From NCBI GenBank assembly GCA_049965095.1, contig JBMFWR010000003.1, forward strand, positions 5,786 to 69,785: a DNA stretch of 64,000 bases. The letters are read 5' to 3'. Below are positions 15,442 through 25,085 of this stretch, piece by piece. Made by a program: the position numbers and the translations under genes. Source of the DNA: Candidatus Micrarchaeia archaeon. GTDB taxonomy: Archaea; Micrarchaeota; Micrarchaeia; Micrarchaeales; Micrarchaeaceae. The notes beneath the pieces are model-generated. The model did not search any database. It saw only the letters and a list, made by a program, of their open reading frames with translations, and had not been told where the DNA came from. Position 1 is the first letter of the stretch. Each line of letters starts with the position of its first letter.

Positions 15442-18150
15442 ATGGCTAAAAGCACAGGCAAGGCACAGATAGCGCTTGAGTTCCTTATAGTTTATTCTTT
15501 CGTGCTGGTGATATTTGTAATACTTTTTGCGCTTGTTGCTTCACAGCGTGCAACTACCCTTAGCCAGCAGGAATATTCGGAATTGCAGCTTCAGGTGCAG
15601 AACATAGTGTATTATATAGACCAAGCAATGAACTCTGGAAGCGGTTATTATGCTTCTGTGCCTGTCCTTGGCGCAATAGGGGGCATACCCTATAATATAT
15701 CGATCTCAAGCTCTGGCGTTGTAATAGGATACATGCACATAGGAACCCAGAATATAACCACCTACGGATTTAGCGGAGGAAGGGACCTTGTTGTTAACGG
15801 CACGCTGGCACAGCAGGGAAATGGGGTAGCTGTTTACCAGGTTCCGATATACAAGGGTTTCATAACAGTTGCAAATTCACACGGCAGCATTTACATAGAC
15901 GAGAAGCCACAAAGCACCTTAAGCCTGACAGAAAATATAAACGTTCAAGCGCTCGCAAACCAGAAAGTAGGCAGCTTCGACGGCACCAACTACGCGTATG
16001 GCAGCCTTACCTCATATTTTGGCGGAAACCACCAAGTCACTGCTGTTGCATGGGCTTACATAACACCAAACGCGAATGGCCCTATCTTTGGAGTGACAAA
16101 TACACCACCAGGAAGCGGATGGAACAAGCCTTTTATTAGTGAGAAAGGCCTTGTTGTATTTGGCTTGATATGGGGTGCAAATTCCAACAACCCAATTAGC
16201 TACCCAATACAACATCCCGGATGGCACATGCTTGCCATAACATACAATCCCTCAGGTGCAGGAACTGAAACATTTTACGTTGACGGTGTAGAGGTAAGGA
16301 GCGGATCTGGGCGGTATTCATCATTTGGATCTACTGATTACTGGACAACCTATATAAGCGGGGCTAAGCCAGGAGGTATGAATAACTATTATAATAGTAT
16401 GATAGCAGATGTGCAAGCATATTCATCTGCGCTAACTCCGCAGCAGATAATGGAACTTTATAAGGAAGGCATTGCCGGAGCACCTGTGTCTAATACCATA
16501 ATATCATGGTGGCCGCTTAACGGCAATTTAAACGATTATAGCGGCAATGGCAATAATGGCATCGGCTCTGGCATGCTGTATGGAAGCGTCATGCAGTTCG
16601 AAGCAAAAGCGATAAATGGCGCAGGAAGCAACTCTTCATATGTACCAGTTGGATTTGTTACTGGCAAGGGAACGGTTGGTACAACAAGCAGCTTTATAGC
16701 CAATAATACAAACAGCACCGGAGCATTGAGTGAGTATATTACCGCAAATCAGGTTGTAGTAGGTGCTACCAATTTGACTATAACTGCATTCAATGGCAAT
16801 TCCACAATGGCTGCAAACCTGGTAGGGTGGTGGCCCCTTGATACTGGTTATGGCAGCACGTTCTATGATTTGAGCGGCTATGGTGCAACAGGATCAGGCT
16901 CCAATGTCAACTGGGTGCCAAAACCACTTGACGTGATTGCAGTAACAAGCGCGCAATTTAATAATGGTGCAAGTGCGATAACTGGTAATCTTTTGTTTGG
17001 CACTTCAAACCTTACAATCTCTGCATGGATTAACAACACAGGCACTGGCAGCTATTGGCAGAACATAGCTGAATTGTACGGCAATCAGAACACAAAAGAG
17101 ACTCTTGACATTGGAGTAACTGCTGCAAGCGGAAATGCTGTAATAAGATGGAGCAACCAAGCAAACTCTTTCCAAAACCAACCGGCTGGTGGCATAATAA
17201 AACCAAATACTTGGTATCTTGTTACTGGAGTATGGAATGGAAATAAGAACACGCTAAGCATTTACATTAATGGTACGCTTGTGGCAACAGGCGCCGGCAA
17301 CGGCACCATAGCCACTTTTGTAAACGGTTTTAATATAGGGGGTGCATATCTAGGAATGAGCACCTTCAATGGCCTCATCAGCAATGTGCAGGTATACAAT
17401 ACTGCGCTAACTCCACAGCAGATACTGCAGGAATACAAACTGGGTATAACTGCAACTCCAATAAGCCAGGCAGGTTTGATAGGTTGGTGGCCTTTGGCAG
17501 GAAATGCAAATGACTATTCATCAAGCGGCAATGATGGCCTTGCACAAGGAGTAGCTTATAAAAATACATATTTCACTGGCCATTCAAATCAAGAAGCAAC
17601 TTATTTTAATCCTGCACAAACATCTTGGATTGCTTCTACGAAATCGCCGCTTCCGAATGGCACCAACGTAGCAACGATAGTTGCATGGATTTATCCGAAG
17701 CCATTACAAGGTGACTCCACATATGCAGGAATTGTAAGGATAGACGGGGAAGCGTGCACGGGCAAAGGTTTGCTTTTAAGTCTGCAGGGCAGCAGCGGCC
17801 ATCTGAGCATGGCTACGTGGTGCAATGACTTTGTCCCGAATTCAGGACCAAAAATTGTTTACAACGCATGGAACTTTGTAGCTGTGGTATTGAACAAGCA
17901 ATCAGTTTCGTTGAACGCAAATGGCCAGTGGATAAACGGCACGCTACCAAATCTGCCAAGCCTCCAGGCAAATGCAGGCGCATGCCCTTATAACTTTGCA
18001 ATAGGCTCAACAGATTGCCCTGGAAGGCTATTCAATGGAAGCATAGAGGATGTTCAAATTTACAATGCTGCATTGACCCCTGCAGAGATAGAGGCACTTT
18101 ACCAGCAGGGTTTGCCTCCATTTGACAAGTTAAATATTTCATTGGGATAG
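15442..18150 (+). CDS. giant pilin-like protein: class III signal peptide + three LamG/concanavalin-like modules
   Basis: Start set at ATG 15442: MAKSTGKA/QIALEFLIVYSFVLVIFVILFALV (basic leader, KA-Q, E at +5, about 20 hydrophobic residues). Three module ends of type ..VQ.Y..ALTPQQI..LYK.G.., each followed by ..WWPL.GN.NDYSG.GN.G. S/T/N/G/Y-rich with very few K/R. Confidence 0.8.
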   Translation: MAKSTGKAQIALEFLIVYSFVLVIFVILFALVASQRATTLSQQEYSELQLQVQNIVYYIDQAMNSGSGYYASVPVLGAIGGIPYNISISSSGVVIGYMHIGTQNITTYGFSGGRDLVVNGTLAQQGNGVAVYQVPIYKGFITVANSHGSIYIDEKPQSTLSLTENINVQALANQKVGSFDGTNYAYGSLTSYFGGNHQVTAVAWAYITPNANGPIFGVTNTPPGSGWNKPFISEKGLVVFGLIWGANSNNPISYPIQHPGWHMLAITYNPSGAGTETFYVDGVEVRSGSGRYSSFGSTDYWTTYISGAKPGGMNNYYNSMIADVQAYSSALTPQQIMELYKEGIAGAPVSNTIISWWPLNGNLNDYSGNGNNGIGSGMLYGSVMQFEAKAINGAGSNSSYVPVGFVTGKGTVGTTSSFIANNTNSTGALSEYITANQVVVGATNLTITAFNGNSTMAANLVGWWPLDTGYGSTFYDLSGYGATGSGSNVNWVPKPLDVIAVTSAQFNNGASAITGNLLFGTSNLTISAWINNTGTGSYWQNIAELYGNQNTKETLDIGVTAASGNAVIRWSNQANSFQNQPAGGIIKPNTWYLVTGVWNGNKNTLSIYINGTLVATGAGNGTIATFVNGFNIGGAYLGMSTFNGLISNVQVYNTALTPQQILQEYKLGITATPISQAGLIGWWPLAGNANDYSSSGNDGLAQGVAYKNTYFTGHSNQEATYFNPAQTSWIASTKSPLPNGTNVATIVAWIYPKPLQGDSTYAGIVRIDGEACTGKGLLLSLQGSSGHLSMATWCNDFVPNSGPKIVYNAWNFVAVVLNKQSVSLNANGQWINGTLPNLPSLQANAGACPYNFAIGSTDCPGRLFNGSIEDVQIYNAALTPAEIEALYQQGLPPFDKLNISLG

Positions 18151-18153
18151 AAT

Positions 18154-18699
18154 ATGAAAGCGCAATTTTGGAGCTTTGACGTGATATTCGCGGTGGTAAT
18201 ATTTAGCATAGCCATTACAATACTCGCATTTACTTGGTATAATATAAACAACCAGCTTGCACTTGCTTATGGGGATAGTGCCACGATAATGCAGCTGCAA
18301 GCTGAATCGCTTGCAGATACGCTAATGTCGCAAGGAAACCCACCAAACTGGTACAGCATAATAAATACTACAAATGTGAACACATGGAACGATACGAGCG
18401 TTGGCATAGGAGAGGGAAATGGCAATGGCATATCTTCAGCCAGGCTGTATGCCCTAATGTCAATGGCAAGCAACAACTATCAAGCCACAAAGCAAGCCCT
18501 TGGCATAGGATTTGATTATTATATAAGGATAAACAGCACAGAAAATTCAGGCGCCAACATAAATATAGGGATAGGATCAAACCCCGCGACAGGGCATGCG
18601 CTTACCGTATACGTAGAGAAAAGGAGCAGCATTCTTGACGGTACTCCAGTGCAGGTTACGATAGATTTATGGACCAATACGTCGCTGGGTTTGGAGTGA
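18154..18699 (+). CDS. pilin-like protein (class III signal peptide), candidate structural pilin
   Basis: MKA/QFWSFDVIFAVVIFSIAITILAF then a 150-aa N/S/T-rich domain. 181 aa is normal pilin size. Starts 4 nt after the upstream stop. Confidence 0.65.
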   Translation: MKAQFWSFDVIFAVVIFSIAITILAFTWYNINNQLALAYGDSATIMQLQAESLADTLMSQGNPPNWYSIINTTNVNTWNDTSVGIGEGNGNGISSARLYALMSMASNNYQATKQALGIGFDYYIRINSTENSGANINIGIGSNPATGHALTVYVEKRSSILDGTPVQVTIDLWTNTSLGLE

Positions 18700-18703
18700 T
18701 TCA

Positions 18704-20884
18704 ATGAAAAATCTAAAAGGATTCATATTTACACTTGATGCAATATTCGCGCTTATAGTTGCAGTGGCTGGCATATCAATTTTGCTTTATGTGCACTCCA
18801 CAGTAAATACAGCATATTCAATACCGACTTCTGAGGCATCAAGCATTCTTGAAAACCTTATAAGCATGAAAGCAAGCGATTTGTACTCTTTGAGCATCGT
18901 GAACAATGTTTCAATGGGTAGCGAAGCAACTGCCACTTGGCCACAATTTGGAGGCAACCAGAGCATTGCATCTCATAGCGCCAAAGGGCCAAAAAATGCT
19001 TATACTATATTTGCATTCAACACAAGCAACGCTGTAATCCAATCTGTGATAGCAGGAAGAGGCATGGTTTTCGGCCCTGCAGGCAGTTATATATTCGCGC
19101 TTAATGGAACCAACGGCAGGCTCTTGTACACTATAAATGGAGGAAGCACTATTGATGGTGTGCCTGCCCTTTACAACAACGAGATTATCCTTGCAAATGC
19201 AAGCGGTTTCATTGCTGGGGCAAGCATATACAATGGCACGAAGTTGTGGAGCCACAACATAGGCGTCTCAGTTGACACTCCAATAGAAATTGAAGATGGC
19301 TATATAGCATTTGGAGCGGGTACAGGGATTTACCTGGCAAATCCTTATAATGGCAGCATAATGGCTTCAAATACTGTCGCAGTCACATCACCTCTTGAAG
19401 CCTCAGCACCTGTGTATTTTGATGGCGAGTTTCTAGTCACAGGGACGGGCTCTGGGGTGCAGAACTATATTTATGCGTATGCACTGGCAGGAAGCAGTCT
19501 TGTGCAGCTATGGAAATTACCATTAAGTACATCGCCGAGCACAGCACCTATGATAGCAAACAATACAATAATAGTAGGCAGCGGCAGCAGTCTTTATGCA
19601 ATATCTGCAAGCGGTACAGTAGTATCAAGCTATAGCTTGAGCGCCCAAGTGCTCGGACTCTCCTACGATGGCAGCAACATATACGCGGAAACTTCAAGCA
19701 GCATACAGGTGTTTAATTCATCAGGTGCCATGATATTCTCGCAGCCTACAGTAGCTCAAAACCAGTATACAACGCCTTCCACCGCACAAGGCAACATATA
19801 CACGCTTATCAACGGCTACATATACCAAGCGTACAATATTTCAACAGGCGCAATGCTTTGGAATACTACACTACCAACGCAGAGCGAATCTACTTATGCC
19901 AACATTGCACTGGCATATGGAAATGCATATATTGCAAGTGGAACAATGATTTATGCGCTTGGAAGCGTGCACATCAAGCCATATGAAAGCATGCTTGATG
20001 CGATTGTGCAGATGTACTTGAATGGGCAAGGAGAACTTGCAAACAACATACTGCACACAATATACCCTTCACAAAACATTGGAATATACATAAACAACAC
20101 ATACGGGCCATCTCTTAATATGGCAACTTTCAATGGTAGCTATTCATCTTCGGGCTTTTCATCTACAAGCTATATATTCGGGACAAGCCACCACATAGGA
20201 GGAACAAACTACAATTTTACCGTGACAATGTGGGTTAAACCTTATCCAAATCCTAGCACTGCAAACAGCTGGACCATACCGTTTTTCTCTATGGAAAGCT
20301 ACCAGGCGCTTGGATTCCTAAGCAGCGGTACTGGTCTGGTGCTACACAGGTGCACAAGCGCGGATACAGAAGGCTATGTCAAAGGCATGAGCCCCTCTAG
20401 TGTGTTCAACAACCAGTGGCATTTTGTCGCGGTATCGGTCTCATATCCAAATTATTATTGGCAGTTTGATGGCAACAATGTAACGGACTCAAACACAAAT
20501 TCATATTCAGGCAACTACCACATATCGATAGGCGCGCAATACATGCAATGCGACGGCAACCAGTTCAACGGCCAGATTGCAAATGTGCAGCTTTACAATA
20601 CGGCTCTAAAGCCCCAGCAGATAATGAGTATATACAAGGAAGGTATATTCGGCACGCCGATAGGCTACCAGAACCTAAGTGGGTGGTGGCCCCTTACTGA
20701 TAGCTTTAATGATTACAGTGGTAGTTATGGAGTTTCGGTAGCAAAAAGCGTTGCATCAAGTGTTGGACCATTGCCGCCAACGCTTTCTAACGCTTATCTA
20801 ATAAGCAAGGCATCAATGCCGTTAAGTATAAACGTAAACGGAACAAGCCACGTTTACAACGTGAGTGTGATAGTATGGCGCTAA
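18704..20884 (+). CDS. pilin-like N terminus + PQQ/BamB-like beta-propeller repeats + C-terminal LamG module
   Basis: MKNLKG/FIFTLDAIFALIVAVAGISILLY. Then WPQFGGN... and repeated blades of the type ..IFALNGTNGRLLY.., ..IYNGTKLWSHN.., ..LYAISASGTVV.., ..YNISTGAMLWN.., ..MIYALGS. The C-terminal module ends IANVQLYNTALKPQQIMSIYKEG...LSGWWPLTDSFNDYSG. Confidence 0.8.
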   Translation: MKNLKGFIFTLDAIFALIVAVAGISILLYVHSTVNTAYSIPTSEASSILENLISMKASDLYSLSIVNNVSMGSEATATWPQFGGNQSIASHSAKGPKNAYTIFAFNTSNAVIQSVIAGRGMVFGPAGSYIFALNGTNGRLLYTINGGSTIDGVPALYNNEIILANASGFIAGASIYNGTKLWSHNIGVSVDTPIEIEDGYIAFGAGTGIYLANPYNGSIMASNTVAVTSPLEASAPVYFDGEFLVTGTGSGVQNYIYAYALAGSSLVQLWKLPLSTSPSTAPMIANNTIIVGSGSSLYAISASGTVVSSYSLSAQVLGLSYDGSNIYAETSSSIQVFNSSGAMIFSQPTVAQNQYTTPSTAQGNIYTLINGYIYQAYNISTGAMLWNTTLPTQSESTYANIALAYGNAYIASGTMIYALGSVHIKPYESMLDAIVQMYLNGQGELANNILHTIYPSQNIGIYINNTYGPSLNMATFNGSYSSSGFSSTSYIFGTSHHIGGTNYNFTVTMWVKPYPNPSTANSWTIPFFSMESYQALGFLSSGTGLVLHRCTSADTEGYVKGMSPSSVFNNQWHFVAVSVSYPNYYWQFDGNNVTDSNTNSYSGNYHISIGAQYMQCDGNQFNGQIANVQLYNTALKPQQIMSIYKEGIFGTPIGYQNLSGWWPLTDSFNDYSGSYGVSVAKSVASSVGPLPPTLSNAYLISKASMPLSINVNGTSHVYNVSVIVWR

Positions 20885-22794
20885 AAAATAAGTTATTGCA
20901 TACAAGAAAGGGCATACTTCTAACGCTTGTAACTATAGTCTTGCTTATATTGATGGTTGGGGAGCTTATGTTATACACAATACTGAACATAGAATTCAAC
21001 ACTCTTGCAGTACAGTCAAGTATATCTTCTACAACCAAAGCTTTCTCTATATCTGTGGAAAGTGCAATGCCAGGATACCTGGAAAATAGCCTGCGCAACG
21101 CCATATATGCGCTTGCAACATACGAAGAAACACCATCTCTAAGGCACTGGCACTTTATAAACAACACAGGATATGCAATAGAGTCATTGATGTACAACGG
21201 CACCATATATGGAACAAATATGAGCAACTACATGAATGGAACCATAGCATCATATGAAAATTCTGTCAATGAAGAAGCTGCAATAGAGGGCTTTTCTTCC
21301 TCATTTACAAACACTTCAATTTTTGTGTTCCAGAGAGGCCCTTTCAACATAAGTGCCACCTATACGGGCTTGCTCACAACAAATTCCGTTTATGGCATAT
21401 TTACATACCCAATAAACGTGACTATAACAATACCGCTTAATGGCACGCCTGACTTGTATAGTGCGGAAGCAGCAAGTCCTAAAATCATAAAAGCAGCGCG
21501 AAAATTGCCCAGTGCTTTGCTCATAGGTGGAATGCATGCTTCTTCTGCTAATACAATGAGCACTGCATTCGTTTATGGCACGATTGTGCTGAACAACGGC
21601 CCAACGTGCAGCAGTGTACCTAGCCAATTCCAAAATCCATATTTCATACTTGCAATGCCTAACGCAAACGATATAAATAGCAACCTGTGCAATATGAGCG
21701 GCCTTGTTACCTCTACATTAAATTCCACGCCGCCAGCAAAGCCGTATTTGGTGTACCCCCAAAGCATATTCAATTACATAACAAACGGCACAAAAGTGCT
21801 GCTGCAGGGCCCAAGCAAATCGCTGCTAAGCATAGCACCAATAAAAGAAGCAATGCAGGAAGGCTACTATTACCCTTCACCATATGCGCCTCCTTACATG
21901 GATTGGGCAAACAGCACGTTTGAGCGATCACAATATGGGATCGTATCTTTTAATATTTTGCACAAAGAAGTCGCAAATTTAAATGCTAATGGTGCAACAG
22001 CACCTAGAACTTTTATAAATGTACCATCAGTAACTCCATTAAGTTATCCGATGTTTACATACACAGCATGGTTTTATCCAACATATCCAGAAAGTTATTC
22101 AAGAGTTCTTGCCACAAGCGCTGGGGATTCAGGGACAATCGAGCTATCCGTTGCTAATACAAATTATATATACATAAATGGTTATGGAACTAGCGGCTGG
22201 CTAAATACTGGAGCTAGCGTACCCATGGATGGTTGGAGTTTCATTGCTGGTGTATATAATGGAAGTGGCTATAGGGTTTATCTCAACGGTAGGCTTATTT
22301 GGAGCAAGGTAACCTCGTTATCAGGGGCCACTTCTGGCAATTTTCAAATTGGAGATACAACAGCATATGGGAATAGTGGCAACCAATTTTTTGGGAGCAT
22401 TGGAAATGTTCAGATATATAATACAGCACTTAATCCAGAACAGCTATACAATCTTTATATTAGGGGAATTAATGGACTACCAGAGACAAATTCCTCATTG
22501 ATAGGCTGGTGGCCTTTGGCAGGAAATGCAAATGATTATAGCGGCAATGGCAATAATGGCATTTCCTATAATGTTTCATACTCTGGCTTATATAATTACA
22601 GTGGGGATTCGCTACTTTGGGGCACATACTATTCCCTGCCCAACCAAGTGGAGGGGATAAACTGCATGAATGCAACTTCATGCGGCAAGCTCCCAGAGGA
22701 AAGCCTCTATCTTGGAAACCTTACTCTCTGGTCAAATTATACAGCAACAGAGAATGAGACAACAGCACTTGGCCTTCAGAATGCAACAAGGTAA
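20875..22794 (+). CDS. pilin-like/TM-anchored protein with C-terminal LamG module
   Basis: MALKNKLLHTRKG/ILLTLVTIVLLILMVGELMLY. The C-terminal module ends IGNVQIYNTALNPEQLYNLYIRG...LIGWWPLAGNANDYSGNGNNG. Overlaps the upstream gene by 10 nt. Confidence 0.75.
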   Translation: MALKNKLLHTRKGILLTLVTIVLLILMVGELMLYTILNIEFNTLAVQSSISSTTKAFSISVESAMPGYLENSLRNAIYALATYEETPSLRHWHFINNTGYAIESLMYNGTIYGTNMSNYMNGTIASYENSVNEEAAIEGFSSSFTNTSIFVFQRGPFNISATYTGLLTTNSVYGIFTYPINVTITIPLNGTPDLYSAEAASPKIIKAARKLPSALLIGGMHASSANTMSTAFVYGTIVLNNGPTCSSVPSQFQNPYFILAMPNANDINSNLCNMSGLVTSTLNSTPPAKPYLVYPQSIFNYITNGTKVLLQGPSKSLLSIAPIKEAMQEGYYYPSPYAPPYMDWANSTFERSQYGIVSFNILHKEVANLNANGATAPRTFINVPSVTPLSYPMFTYTAWFYPTYPESYSRVLATSAGDSGTIELSVANTNYIYINGYGTSGWLNTGASVPMDGWSFIAGVYNGSGYRVYLNGRLIWSKVTSLSGATSGNFQIGDTTAYGNSGNQFFGSIGNVQIYNTALNPEQLYNLYIRGINGLPETNSSLIGWWPLAGNANDYSGNGNNGISYNVSYSGLYNYSGDSLLWGTYYSLPNQVEGINCMNATSCGKLPEESLYLGNLTLWSNYTATENETTALGLQNATR

Positions 22795-22833
22795 ATGACC
22801 TTCCCTAGTATGTTCAAACGTGTACGTCGTAAT

Positions 22834-22864
22834 ATTGCTTTAATGCTCTGAGTTATAAAGCAAT
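22834..22864. terminator. hairpin between convergent pilin and pilus-assembly operons
   Basis: ATTGCTTTA-(13 nt)-TAAAGCAAT, a perfect 9-bp stem in the 253-nt convergent spacer. Confidence 0.25.
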
Positions 22865-23047
22865 GCACTTATACTCTTTTAGTTATTATAAAAATACATA
22901 TTACAATTATTCACTACAACACGATGGATAAGAGACCAAACATTATCGTTAAAAAGTACATACTAGATAATATATTGTGTAGCCCTAAATGGTGGCAAGC
23001 AAGTATTACTGCACAATGTTAATTACAAGTTGCTATGCTCGTGTTTG

Positions 23048-24040
23048 TCATGCTCCAGTGCCTATGCTTGCAAACAGTGCACCGATTACGGAATGCATTA
23101 TTATGAATATTACCAAGCCCACAACAATGAATACTGGAAGGTATTTCATTCCTTTAATCACAGACCCTGACATAATTGCGCTCATTATCAGCGCGGCGAA
23201 AGCGGTTATTATTACTATGGCTGCTATTGAAAAGTCATGATAAACTTGCGGGCTTATTTTTGGCGGGCTGGGCTTCAGGAAAGACAAACCGGTAGTGGGC
23301 AGTCCGCCAGGGTTGCTTGCCAATATTCCCTTCCACACAGTATCTGTGACAATAATCATCTGGCTAGTGAGTCCATAAAGCACCGGCGCCGCTACAAGGC
23401 CGGCAAATGCAATAAAGATGCTGTACATGAAAAGCTGTCCTGAAACCTCCTTCTGGATCATCTGCTGGTTTCTCATGTCCTTTGATATCTGCTCTATGAG
23501 GTCGGCCATCGCTCCTCCGAATCTCATCGCTTCTATCATCATCCTTATTGCGTGGCTAAGCTGATACGATCTGTAGCGTGTGCCAAGTTTTCTCAGCGCG
23601 TCTTCAAAATTTTCTCCACCGAATACACTCCTGCTCGTTATCTTTATGTCTGTTGTGATAGGTTCAAATTCAGGCCTTGCAGCAAGAAGCATTGCCCTGT
23701 CAAGCGCGATTCCGCTCCTCAGGTTTGCCGAAACGATCTGAAGATAATCAGGCAGCACTATTTCCATTTTTGTCTTCCTTTTGTCTATCATGTATTCAAG
23801 CAGCATGTAGAGCACTAGAAGATACACTGCTGCAGAGCCTATGCCTCCAAAAAACGCGATAAGCGCACCCATCTTGAGCAGGTATATGAGGAAAGTGACA
23901 ACTATAAAAATGCCAATGCTTCCGATTATTGCAATCTGCAGGAATTTCTCAACGGTGATCTTTAGCCCTGCCAGGTCTATCTCGCTCGACACGAACAGCG
24001 CGACGCGCCTTGACACAAGCCTTTCGAATTTTATTGCCAT
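23048..24040 (-). CDS. type II secretion system F-domain membrane protein (TadC/PilC-like)
   Basis: 330 aa. TM - cytoplasmic helical domain (LPDYLQIVSANLRSGIALDRAM...AIRMMIEAMRFGG) - TMs, the typical T2SSF/FlaJ-half topology. Confidence 0.8.
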   Translation of the reverse strand: MAIKFERLVSRRVALFVSSEIDLAGLKITVEKFLQIAIIGSIGIFIVVTFLIYLLKMGALIAFFGGIGSAAVYLLVLYMLLEYMIDKRKTKMEIVLPDYLQIVSANLRSGIALDRAMLLAARPEFEPITTDIKITSRSVFGGENFEDALRKLGTRYRSYQLSHAIRMMIEAMRFGGAMADLIEQISKDMRNQQMIQKEVSGQLFMYSIFIAFAGLVAAPVLYGLTSQMIIVTDTVWKGILASNPGGLPTTGLSFLKPSPPKISPQVYHDFSIAAIVIITAFAALIMSAIMSGSVIKGMKYLPVFIVVGLVIFIIMHSVIGALFASIGTGA

Positions 24041-24044
24041 AATA

Positions 24045-25085
24045 TCACATGCTGAAGACAGGCCTTGAGCTTCTTATCATCATCAGGAACACTATCTGCA
24101 GGAATACCAAGCCAACTAGCACAAAAGCAAGCAATGATGTCGTAACAGTAAACAGCGCTATGAATGTGGTCAGTATTGTGACAACAGCTATTCCCATGCT
24201 CGGCAGTATTATTCCGAAAAGCATGTAGAACATTGCTATTGCATTGAGCCTCTGGCCGTATCTTCTAAGCTCTATGATGCGTTCCTGCGATATCTGGTCT
24301 ATTACGCTCTGTAAAGCGGAAACGACATCAGCTCCTGCTCTTATGCTCACAGAAGCTTGTAGCATTATCCTCCTGAATGAGAGGCTCTTTGTTTCAGCAA
24401 CAGTCTCATCTATTGCATCCTCAAGAGGCATGCCAAGCTGCACCCTCTCTACTATCCTGCTGAATTCCTTGCTTGCGGCACCATAGCCAGTACTTATTGA
24501 CGCCAAGGCGTTGAAAAGGGGCATGCCTGAACGCAGCGATATTATCATATCTCTTGCCGCAAAAAGTATGTCACGCTCAACACCCTTGGAATCTGCAACG
24601 CTTTTCCTTGCAGGAAAATTGAGAAATGTTTGGAATGATATCCTGAATACAACTATACCTAGAAGTATAGCAAAAAGTGCGCTGTATGCCATTGACAAAC
24701 CAACACGGGAGAACAGTAGGAATACTGTAAGGGCTATTATCACGCCGAAAATCGAAGATGCTATAAGCATCCTCTTTATGAAATCGTAAAGCGTGCCTTT
24801 TATGCCGTGCTCCTTCAAAGCGGTTTCAAGACCTTTGTGCTTCGCACCTATGCCTTCAATGTAAAGTTTGAAGGCACTCTGCTTGCGTGCTCCTGCAACG
24901 GGTTTTTGAAAAGGCTGGATTTGGGGCTCTGCAGCCTGCACAGCTTGAGCCTGAGGCTGCTGAACAGAAGTTTTTTGCGGGGCTTGGGGTTTTCTTGAAG
25001 GCCTTGAAAATATTCCAGGCTTCGGCTCCAGCTCTATTGTCTGGTCGCCCACCTTTATTACGCGCTTCTTGCTCCCAAACATCAT
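24045..25085 (-). CDS. type II secretion system F-domain membrane protein (TadB/PilC-like)
   Basis: 346 aa. After a Q/P-rich N terminus it has the same TM - helical domain (DILFAARDMIISLRSGMPLFNAL...) - TM layout. Its ATG overlaps the upstream stop (ATGA). Confidence 0.8.
   Translation of the reverse strand: MMFGSKKRVIKVGDQTIELEPKPGIFSRPSRKPQAPQKTSVQQPQAQAVQAAEPQIQPFQKPVAGARKQSAFKLYIEGIGAKHKGLETALKEHGIKGTLYDFIKRMLIASSIFGVIIALTVFLLFSRVGLSMAYSALFAILLGIVVFRISFQTFLNFPARKSVADSKGVERDILFAARDMIISLRSGMPLFNALASISTGYGAASKEFSRIVERVQLGMPLEDAIDETVAETKSLSFRRIMLQASVSIRAGADVVSALQSVIDQISQERIIELRRYGQRLNAIAMFYMLFGIILPSMGIAVVTILTTFIALFTVTTSLLAFVLVGLVFLQIVFLMMIRSSRPVFSM

Noticed and set aside
16402-22562. Near-identical repeats in LamG genes as template/variable repeats of a diversity-generating retroelement
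   Set aside because: There is no reverse transcriptase or accessory gene nearby. The identical stretches are only 29 nt. The differences between copies are not restricted to adenine positions.
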